IMG/VR virus record: IMGVR_UViG_2541047433_000022
Length of the DNA stretch: 7,311 nt
Origin: a virus
Lineage: Duplodnaviria; Heunggongvirae; Uroviricota; Caudoviricetes
Strand: one strand, 5' to 3'
Shown here one piece after another: positions 1-6,317 of this stretch. The notes under the pieces were generated by a model that saw only the letters and a program-made list of their open reading frames with translations, searched no databases and was not told the origin of the DNA. Both the position numbers and the translations under genes were made by a program. The first letter of the stretch is position 1. The number at the start of each line of letters is the position of its first letter.

Positions 1-50
1 CCTCGCGATACAGCTTTGCGAAGCTTACCGGAATTGAAGCAGTTTTTACG

Positions 51-605
51 TCAAAAAGCAATAACTTTTTTCTCTATACCAAAAGCCATAACCATTGGTT
101 TGTACAAAATAAATTCTGCCACCTTTAGCCAATGCTCAATGCGTCTTTCACAGGTTCTTAAACTCCATTCCGGATGTGCATCATTCAGCAGTTCAGCCAT
201 TTTGCGCTTAGTCATCCCCCGCCCCACATAACGCTGACTCAGAACATTGAGCAGCCCGGGATAACCTGCCAGTACTTCACCAATAACCCTGTCGATTATT
301 AACGCCTCTGAATCGGTACAATGCACCAGCCAGCTTTTTTGCTTGCCGTTGATCATATCCCGCAAAAAAGCCTCAAGTTTAGGTTTGTCCAGACCTGCTT
401 TTTTCATCCTCCGGAGCGCCTCGTTAATTGCCGTTTTTGTCAGCTTTTTAGAGGTCAGCAACTGGTTGAACATATTTCCCGTCTTACCGCCGCCAATATA
501 CGACCAGCGCCCCCACATACGTAGTTTCCCCTGAATCCAGACACTTTCCAGCGTGGTGAGACGAAGGTGCTCTCCGCTTTTTCCTGTGTTCGTTGGGTAA
601 ATCAT
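51..605 (-). CDS. Putative lambdoid late-gene antiterminator (Q-like) or other nin-region protein, 184 aa
   Basis: Listed ORF 51..725 trimmed to the ATG at 603-605, which forms an ATGA start/stop overlap with the upstream gene (stop 602-604) and follows an AAGGA/GGAG Shine-Dalgarno (revcomp of 612-624). Product is inferred from position (last, tightly coupled gene after DUF1367/DUF1364-type genes) and from memory of the family; not verified by search. Confidence 0.4.
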   Translation of the reverse strand: MIYPTNTGKSGEHLRLTTLESVWIQGKLRMWGRWSYIGGGKTGNMFNQLLTSKKLTKTAINEALRRMKKAGLDKPKLEAFLRDMINGKQKSWLVHCTDSEALIIDRVIGEVLAGYPGLLNVLSQRYVGRGMTKRKMAELLNDAHPEWSLRTCERRIEHWLKVAEFILYKPMVMAFGIEKKVIAF

Positions 606-892
606 AAATAACCGTCCTTTCTCCAGATCTCTTGTGTGCGAAAAACACCTTCTGCATGCATCAGGCGCAATTCTTCTTTGGTGTAATCGCTGGTTTTTAC
701 TCTCCCGTCGATTAAATCGTGGCATGAGTTACAGGCAATCGCTGCCTGCATATCGTGTGGCTTTATCGCTGTTCCGCACGTTCCCGCCAGCCTGTAATGC
801 GCCAGCACAGAGGTTTCGGGATTGTGATTGCAGTAGCCAGGGATTCTGATCTGGCATATCTGGCCTTTAGCCGCTTTACGTAAATTCACCAT
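602..892 (-). CDS. DUF1364 / YbcO-like Cys-rich putative zinc-binding phage protein (putative nuclease), 96 aa
   Basis: Minus-strand ORF with five Cys (C13, C21, C39, C54, C57) plus His in a pattern I recognise as YbcO/DUF1364-like. TAATG stop/start overlap with the upstream gene at 890-894 indicates translational coupling. Confidence 0.6.
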   Translation of the reverse strand: MVNLRKAAKGQICQIRIPGYCNHNPETSVLAHYRLAGTCGTAIKPHDMQAAIACNSCHDLIDGRVKTSDYTKEELRLMHAEGVFRTQEIWRKDGYL

Positions 893-1491
893 TACGCAAA
901 CTCCAGTAGTTGTGCGGCCACATTTTCAACTTCCTCCTGAGAGGAGAATTTACGGAACAGAATCCAGTTCCACAGCACATTCAGTACAGATTTATAAACC
1001 TGCTGAAACTCGACTTCGTCCATATTCGCAAAAGCGATGGATTTTGCCCGACGCCCACGGCTACCGTCCGGATAAATATGCTCGGTGTAAAATCCGGCCT
1101 GAATGGTTACCCACTCGCGGAAAGCCTCAAACGACTTTAGCAACGCCGTATCCCGGGTTCTACGAGTCGCAACGGTGTTAAGGTATTGCTCTGCGGCATC
1201 ACTCAGGGCTGGCGTGTGTTCCCGACCAACTGATTCGCACAGGTAATCAACGAAACCAGACAGCAGTTCTCGTTCGCGAGGCGTGATCGCCCCACCGACC
1301 GGAGTCCAGTAATCGAATCCCAGTTGCAGGAGTTTGAAAAAACGCTTGTGGAATGCGTAGTTACGCACACGCTTAAAATCTGCGTGTATCCACTCACCTA
1401 TTTTGATTTGATGCAGAAAATCGCAACTCTCCGGCGTCGCCGGGAGAAGTAAACCAGAAGAAGTTTGTTTGACCAGTTGTATATGCGCCAT
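892..1491 (-). CDS. DUF1367-family lambdoid nin-region protein, 199 aa
   Basis: Minus-strand ORF, ATG at 1489-1491 preceded by GAGAGATTGAGAA. The sequence (...FFKLLQLGFDYWTPVGG...) resembles DUF1367 proteins found next to DUF1364 and Q genes in enterobacterial prophages. About 53% G+C in a sampled block. Confidence 0.5.
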   Translation of the reverse strand: MAHIQLVKQTSSGLLLPATPESCDFLHQIKIGEWIHADFKRVRNYAFHKRFFKLLQLGFDYWTPVGGAITPRERELLSGFVDYLCESVGREHTPALSDAAEQYLNTVATRRTRDTALLKSFEAFREWVTIQAGFYTEHIYPDGSRGRRAKSIAFANMDEVEFQQVYKSVLNVLWNWILFRKFSSQEEVENVAAQLLEFA

Positions 1492-1910
1492 TTCTCAATC
1501 TCTCGATGGCGCAGTGCAGCAGATGCCAGTTGTTCAAGCTAGCACGCAAATTGTAAACCAGAATGCCAGGAAAAAACAAAACCCGCCGAAGCTGGTTGTG
1601 TGCGGTTGCGTTGAAGTCTCCTAGCCAAAGAGTAGCGGTGACCACTCCCCGCCGATAATCTTAGTTGTTTAATTTCGTAAGCTAACTAGGCTAAAAGCTC
1701 TCTGTTGTCTGCCTGTTGTACAATTAACAAAATGAACAACGAACTAGATATACCAACGCCAGAATGGTGCAACAAATCCCAAACAACACAGCAATGCAAC
1801 AATAACATATGTTATTTTCCTCTCACGGGATTCAGTCCTGAATTCTCATAAAGCTAATCTTTTTTTAAAAACATACTGTTAGATCACATGCACTTTCTTT
1901 CTTAACATCG

Positions 1911-1938
1911 TTGACTTCGCATGCGAAGCGTTTAAAAT
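1911..1938 (+). promoter_or_regulatory. Sigma70-type promoter for the ATPase operon: -35 TTGACT (1911-1916), 16-nt spacer, -10 TAAAAT (1933-1938)
   Basis: Hexamers read directly from the sequence. The predicted start site near 1945 leaves a ~45-nt leader before AGAGAG (1979-1984) and the ATG at 1991. Confidence 0.45.
1915..1928. promoter_or_regulatory. Perfect 14-bp palindrome CTTCGCATGCGAAG overlapping the -35 and filling the spacer; candidate operator
   Basis: The sequence is identical to its reverse complement. Its position inside the promoter is the classic place for a repressor site. No regulator gene was identified in the window. Confidence 0.45.
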
Positions 1939-1990
1939 CAACAATTTGCACTTAAGGTATTTATTTTCCCAAACACATAGAGAGTAAATT

Positions 1991-3382
1991 ATGACTGAGA
2001 ACACGACTCCAACAGCAGACTTTAGTCCTAGTAAAAGATTTTTTGTAAGTATGCTAACTCGAGATATCGACTTAAACGATGCCATACTTGATCTGCTTGA
2101 TAACTGCGTCGATGGGGCTTTACGTACAATAAAAGACACAAAAAAAACTTCAAAACCATATGAAGGATTTTATGCGAAACTTACGATTAATAAAGATGTC
2201 TTTATTATAGAAGACAATTGCGGAGGTATCCCTAAAAGCTTCCGAGAATATGCTTTTAAAATGGGACGACCCCATCAAAAAGAAGAAGAAAATGAAGGCA
2301 CCGTTGGCGTCTATGGTATTGGTATGAAAAGAGCCATTTTTAAAATGGGTAGAGATTGCTCAATACAATCGAATAATCCCGATGGCGCATTCACTGTAGA
2401 TATAACACCTGATTGGATCGATGGTGATGGTTGGAAAATACCGATGCACGAGAGTGACTATGATAACAAAAATCCAACAGGCACAACTATAGAGATAAAA
2501 AAACTCCATTCTAATGTGGCACAAAAATTTAATGAGAGCACATATCTTACTGATCTCTTTTTACAGATAAAACACTCATTGTCATTTATTATTCAAAAAG
2601 GATTTAAAATAGAATTAAATGGAGTTGTTGTTGAACATAATCCGATTAACATCATAACTGATCATTCTAAAATAGAACCATACATATATAAAGCTAAAAT
2701 AGACGATGTTGATATCGATTTAGTTGTTGGCTTCTATAAAAATTTAGAAGATGACAATGATGATGTTTTAGAAAAAAGGAGTTCTGATGATGCTGGATGG
2801 ACTGTCATTTGCAATGACCGCGTTGTTCTATATTGTGATAAGACACATCTCACAGGTTGGGGCTTTGCTAATGTACCAAGGTTTCATACCCAATTTATAG
2901 CAATTTCTGGGGTTGTTCGCTTTACCAGTAAAAACCCAGAAAAATTACCAATAACAACAACGAAACGAGGTGTCGATCTTAGTTCTACATTGTACAATGA
3001 TGTACGAAATAAAATGATTGAAGGGATGATGCATTTTATTCGATTCACCAATCAGTGGAAAGGTGAGCATCTTGAAGAAGGGAAAAAATTACTTAAGTCA
3101 GCTCAGTCACATGAAGCTCAATCTTTATTTGAAATTACCCCACAATCAACTCCAGAAGATAAAAAAAATAACTGGTCCAACCCTAATAGAAACAAAAATG
3201 AGTGGCGATATACACCTAAGCTGCCTACCCCAGTAAAAAAAAGCTCTACTGTACGAATAATCTTCACCAGAGAGAAAGAAGATGTTAAAATTTTATCTAA
3301 ATATTTCTTTGGACATGAAGATGCTAGCGCTTCTGATGTGGGGATGCAATGCTTTGATACGGTGATTGAAGAGGTGAAGTGA
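1991..3382 (+). CDS. GHKL (Bergerat-fold) ATPase, MutL/MORC-like (HATPase_c_3-type) N-terminal domain with an unassigned C-terminal half, 463 aa
   Basis: Three motifs in canonical order: N-box ILDLLDNCVDGA (aa 33-43, nt 2087-2119), G1 box IEDNCGGIP (aa 73-81, nt 2207-2233; compare MutL DNGCGI) and G2 box GVYGIGMKRAIF (aa 106-117, nt 2306-2341). No membrane segment or histidine-kinase dimerisation region precedes the ATPase domain. The C-terminus is Lys/Asn-rich. Confidence 0.8.
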   Translation: MTENTTPTADFSPSKRFFVSMLTRDIDLNDAILDLLDNCVDGALRTIKDTKKTSKPYEGFYAKLTINKDVFIIEDNCGGIPKSFREYAFKMGRPHQKEEENEGTVGVYGIGMKRAIFKMGRDCSIQSNNPDGAFTVDITPDWIDGDGWKIPMHESDYDNKNPTGTTIEIKKLHSNVAQKFNESTYLTDLFLQIKHSLSFIIQKGFKIELNGVVVEHNPINIITDHSKIEPYIYKAKIDDVDIDLVVGFYKNLEDDNDDVLEKRSSDDAGWTVICNDRVVLYCDKTHLTGWGFANVPRFHTQFIAISGVVRFTSKNPEKLPITTTKRGVDLSSTLYNDVRNKMIEGMMHFIRFTNQWKGEHLEEGKKLLKSAQSHEAQSLFEITPQSTPEDKKNNWSNPNRNKNEWRYTPKLPTPVKKSSTVRIIFTREKEDVKILSKYFFGHEDASASDVGMQCFDTVIEEVK

Positions 3383-4371
3383 TGTCTGGACAATACATTC
3401 CCTATCACTTAAGGCATAATAAGTCTATTGATAGAGAGATTTTTCTCGAAAGCCTAAACCTCTTAAGCAAAAGACTAAATATTCAAGAATATACATATAT
3501 AGGTTTTGGTGGTCCGATGCTTGAAGATTTTAGAATCATGCATAATCGTATCGCTCTTTCTGATATGATTTCTCTCGAAGAACAAGAGTCTACTCACATC
3601 AGACAAAAATATAATTTGCCTTATAATTGTATTGATTGTAAGCTAATATCAGCTCATGACTTTATTCTTGATTATAGTTTTTCTAAACCATCAATAACAT
3701 GGTTAGACTATGCCTCCCCGAAAAAAATACAAACGGATCTAGATGATATACACTTACTAAGTACTAAAGTAAGCTCTTTTGATATTTTGAAGGTCACCTT
3801 CCCCATAAATCCTAGTTCTTATTACCAACGTAGAGTTGGAGAAAGTTTAGATATTTTTAAAGAAGCTTTTATTAATTCATTAAAATCATTGCTTGGGAAA
3901 AAGTATCTTGATTTTAATCTTCAGATATCAAATGCAGATCTTTCAGATCGTAAGATTAAAGCTCTTTTAATACGAATTATTACAAACGCTTTTAGATCAG
4001 CAATAGAACGTGGTCTTTCAGGACGTAAGGATAAGATTCAGTATTACCCATTATCCTTAAATCAATATAATGATGGCAGTCATACCATGTTGACAATATC
4101 AGGTTTTTTCTCCTCAGAACAAGAATATATAGAGTTATCTAAGGCATGCGACCTTTCTAACTGGCAATTTTATTCAACAAATTGGGAAGACGTGCAAGAA
4201 ATAGCAATACCAACACTAACAATTAAAGAAAAGATAAATTTAGATAGTAAACTGCCTGATAAAGAAGCATATCAGGCAGCCGCTGAAGAGTTCTCTTTAA
4301 ACGAAAATGAACGGGATAACTATTATAAATACTATAGGTTATACCCTAACTTCCAAAGAATTATGGTTTAA
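3382..4371 (+). CDS. Hypothetical protein, 329 aa, operon partner of the GHKL ATPase; function unknown (candidate effector)
   Basis: The ORF track starts at GTG 3379, but ATG 3382-3384 overlaps the ATPase stop (TGATG, 3380-3384), so the two genes are translationally coupled. Same ~30% G+C as the ATPase gene. I found no clear PD-(D/E)xK, HNH, HEPN or Walker motif by eye. Confidence 0.7.
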   Translation: MSGQYIPYHLRHNKSIDREIFLESLNLLSKRLNIQEYTYIGFGGPMLEDFRIMHNRIALSDMISLEEQESTHIRQKYNLPYNCIDCKLISAHDFILDYSFSKPSITWLDYASPKKIQTDLDDIHLLSTKVSSFDILKVTFPINPSSYYQRRVGESLDIFKEAFINSLKSLLGKKYLDFNLQISNADLSDRKIKALLIRIITNAFRSAIERGLSGRKDKIQYYPLSLNQYNDGSHTMLTISGFFSSEQEYIELSKACDLSNWQFYSTNWEDVQEIAIPTLTIKEKINLDSKLPDKEAYQAAAEEFSLNENERDNYYKYYRLYPNFQRIMV

Positions 4372-5490
4372 ATATTCGGGCTGTACTCTTTTATTTAATA
4401 AATTGTACAGCCCCTTTAATATATATTCAGCAACTATTGGTGACACGCTATTTCCTATTTGTCTGAAACTATGCCATTTAGTTACATGAAAGCGAAACCA
4501 ATCAGGGAAGCCTTGTAATCTAGCAGCTTCTCTTGGTGTAATCACTCTTGGATGATAAGGGTGGATCGGCCTGACGGCTTGAAAGCTTCCTTTATCTCTA
4601 GCGGTTCCCGCCCTTAAAGTCGGGCAAAAACCATTTGGATCTAATCTTGTAGATCTTGAAATTTTATCAGTTTCCCCAAAAGATAAGGAAGCATAACGCT
4701 CTTGGACGATTTTGCTATGTAATGTTCCGGTACATCCAGATATGATATTATTTTTTAACTTAGCGATCGATTCTGTATCACCAACATTCCGAGGGATCTG
4801 CCCCCATAATTTTTCATAAAATCCCCCTTTTCGATCTTTTTTAATTGTTCGCCAACTCTCAGAGTCTGATTGCCAATTGGCATCGATAATATCTGGTAAT
4901 CCATACAAAGCATCTTTTACAGTAACCGGATCAATCATTTTAGGCATAAATACTTCATCTGAAATATCAAGCTTCAATGATTTTTTTACACCGATAAAAA
5001 AATATCTAGTTCGAATAGTTGGAGCACCATAATCAGATGCTTTTACCTTGATGGGATCAAGAATATCATAATCACCGCTAACCAAATTAAATGCTTTATT
5101 TCTAATGCCAGAATATTTCTCTTGCATAATACCTGGAACATTTTCTGCCAAAAAGAATAATGGCTGTAATTCTGATACTAAACGGTAGAAATGCATGTAA
5201 AGCTGATTCCTGCTATCATCAGGATTCCCCTTGCCTATTGAACTAAATCCTTGGCACGGAGGACCGCCAATAATACCATCTATGGGCATATCGTTTTTAA
5301 AAAAACCCTTAATTATTTCTGCATTTAGTAAAGAAACATCTTCTTGGACGTGCAAACTTCTTGGAAAATTAATTGCGTGAGTATTAATAGCATGTTGATC
5401 AATTTCAACTGCCATTTTAACATCAAATCCAGCACGTGCAGCACCAAGACTTAGACCTCCAACGCCAGAAAACAAATCTATTACATTCAT
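4339..5490 (-). CDS. DNA (cytosine-5)-methyltransferase, 383 aa
   Basis: Canonical motifs in order: I DLFSGVGG (aa 5-12, nt 5455-5478), IV GGPPCQGFS (PCQ = aa 78-80, nt 5251-5259), VI FLAENVPG (ENV = aa 116-118) and X QIGNSVSP near the C-terminus. A variable target-recognition region lies between VIII and IX. The 3' end overlaps the partner gene by 33 bp (4339-4371). Confidence 0.9.
   Translation of the reverse strand: MNVIDLFSGVGGLSLGAARAGFDVKMAVEIDQHAINTHAINFPRSLHVQEDVSLLNAEIIKGFFKNDMPIDGIIGGPPCQGFSSIGKGNPDDSRNQLYMHFYRLVSELQPLFFLAENVPGIMQEKYSGIRNKAFNLVSGDYDILDPIKVKASDYGAPTIRTRYFFIGVKKSLKLDISDEVFMPKMIDPVTVKDALYGLPDIIDANWQSDSESWRTIKKDRKGGFYEKLWGQIPRNVGDTESIAKLKNNIISGCTGTLHSKIVQERYASLSFGETDKISRSTRLDPNGFCPTLRAGTARDKGSFQAVRPIHPYHPRVITPREAARLQGFPDWFRFHVTKWHSFRQIGNSVSPIVAEYILKGLYNLLNKRVQPEYLNHNSLEVRV
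4378..4413 (+). terminator. Hairpin (9-bp stem GGGCTGTAC / GTACAGCCC, 18-nt AT-rich loop) followed by CTTTAATATATATT; possible terminator of the plus-strand operon
   Basis: Inverted repeat read directly, 7 nt after the partner stop codon. It lies inside the last codons of the convergent MTase gene. The long loop and interrupted T-tract make it a weak terminator candidate. Confidence 0.3.
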
Positions 5491-5522
5491 ATAGTTGCAA
5501 CGTCTCTTATTAGTTTCTATGT

Positions 5523-5531
5523 ATTATAACA
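5523..5531 (-). promoter_or_regulatory. Extended -10 promoter element (TGT-TATAAT on the minus strand) upstream of the MTase gene
   Basis: Revcomp of 5523-5528 is TATAAT and is preceded by TGT (5529-5531). It sits ~32 nt upstream of the MTase ATG (5488-5490), with AAGAGA as a weak ribosome-binding site. No good -35 is present, which is consistent with an extended -10 promoter. Confidence 0.35.
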
Positions 5532-5742
5532 CAACTGTTCTTGATGTTTTAACCCCATAAGATAACCTCATAAAGGCTATCCCTTGAAAATACCGGATCG
5601 CATAAATTTAATCTTTCAAAACTACTTGTCTATTAATCGAGCAATTTAAGGTTGTTTTAGTCATGTCGATACCGACATAGTTAACTAAACCCATTTCATC
5701 GTCCAACAAATGGGGGTAATACACTTTGATTTATAGTCGGGT

Positions 5743-5778
5743 GGGTTTTTCTCTATCTGCCTTTGGTGTTCATGCCCA
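5743..5778. repeat. Perfect 11-bp inverted repeat CTATCTGCCTT / AAGGCAGATAG with a 14-nt loop at the right border of the low-GC insert
   Basis: Read directly from the sequence. It is not followed by a U-tract on either strand, so it is not a typical intrinsic terminator. Function unknown. Confidence 0.5.
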
Positions 5779-5921
5779 AGGCAGATAGCCTCAAGCACCC
5801 GCAGCAATTCTACTTAACTCTCCTTTTCCCGCAAACCGTTTTTATCTCCAGCGACAAATCGAATACACAACCAGCACCACCGCCATTACTGTTCCTACAT
5901 TTGCGAATGCTTCAGGCCAGG

Positions 5922-6317
5922 TCATTGATTCACCTTCTGCTCAATATTTTTAAGGTCATTTTCCGCATACAGTATTGCAGTTCTTGCTGCCCGCAACCGT
6001 GCTTTGGTGTTCTTTTCTTCACGCTCGAGGCTGGCAACAGATTCTCGGAGCTGATCGTGTCTGTTATGAAGCTGTCTAATCTCTCTCACCACAGCCTCAC
6101 CATCGTTCGCACACCGCAGAACATACTGAAAAGGGTCCACAACACATCCGCACTGCAAGCACAGGATAACGTGATCCTGTTCATGAACCTCAATGGCCCG
6201 ATGCTTACAGCTCTGTTGTGTGTAGTTTTTTCTGCCAGTTACTGTAATGTTCAGCAGCTTCTCTTCATCGCGCTTTGGCTGCACCAGTGTGATGATATTA
6301 TCGCCTTCATTTTCCAT
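5922..6317 (-). CDS. Hypothetical phage protein, 131 aa, with a Cys cluster (possible zinc ribbon) and C-terminal coiled-coil-like region
   Basis: Listed ORF 5922..6392 trimmed to the ATG at 6315-6317, which overlaps the upstream stop (TGATG) and follows a perfect AGGAGGT (revcomp of 6324-6330). Cys pattern: SCKH...ILCLQCGC...LRCAND. Confidence 0.6.
   Translation of the reverse strand: MENEGDNIITLVQPKRDEEKLLNITVTGRKNYTQQSCKHRAIEVHEQDHVILCLQCGCVVDPFQYVLRCANDGEAVVREIRQLHNRHDQLRESVASLEREEKNTKARLRAARTAILYAENDLKNIEQKVNQ

Larger units (their letters stand above)
1680..5740. other. Low-GC cargo islet (about 4 kb) inserted between prophage genes; carries the ATPase/partner/MTase module
   Basis: Hand-counted 60-nt samples give 22% (2581-2640), 32% (4981-5040) and 43% (4501-4560) G+C inside, versus 53% (1201-1260) and 55% (6601-6660) in the flanking phage genes. 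Boundaries are approximate. No integrase, transposase or clean direct repeats were seen. Confidence 0.55.

Noticed and set aside
11-26. AGCTTTGCGAAGCT near the left end, sharing the 8-mer TGCGAAGC with the promoter palindrome at 1922-1929
   Set aside because: It is an imperfect palindrome, a single shared 8-mer is weak evidence, and there is no supporting promoter context.
606-725. N-terminal 40-codon extension of the Q-like ORF (start at 725)
   Set aside because: It would overlap the upstream gene by about 120 nt. The ATG at 605 has an ATGA coupling overlap and a ribosome-binding site.
16-1181. Plus-strand ORFs 16-231, 321-524, 343-534, 634-849, 910-1140 and 912-1181
   Set aside because: All lie antisense to the better-supported, translationally coupled minus-strand phage genes, and none has a convincing ribosome-binding site.
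1561-1610. Possible intrinsic terminator on the minus strand (T-tract TTTTGTTTTTT = revcomp of 1571-1581)
   Set aside because: I could find only a 4-bp CCGC/GCGG stem before the T-tract, too weak to call.
1203-1645. Minus-strand ORFs 1203-1397 and 1394-1645
   Set aside because: They overlap the DUF1367 gene out of frame or lie in its upstream region, and have no ribosome-binding site.
1879-2139. Minus-strand ORF of 86 aa across the ATPase promoter and 5' end
   Set aside because: Antisense to the motif-bearing ATPase gene in AT-rich DNA, where spurious ORFs are common.
3118-3408. Minus-strand ORF of 96 aa inside the 3' end of the ATPase gene
   Set aside because: Antisense shadow of the ATPase gene; no independent support.
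4307-4489. Plus-strand ORF of 60 aa
   Set aside because: It overlaps the end of the partner gene and the MTase 3' end; the MTase motifs confirm the minus-strand frame.
1707-5752. Shared TCTGCCT heptamer near both borders of the insert (1708-1714 and 5746-5752) as possible target-site duplication
   Set aside because: A 7-bp match between two ~100-bp windows is expected by chance, and the flanking bases do not align well.
5743-5778. Inverted repeat interpreted as an intrinsic terminator
   Set aside because: No U-tract follows the hairpin on either strand, so it is kept only as a repeat of unknown function.
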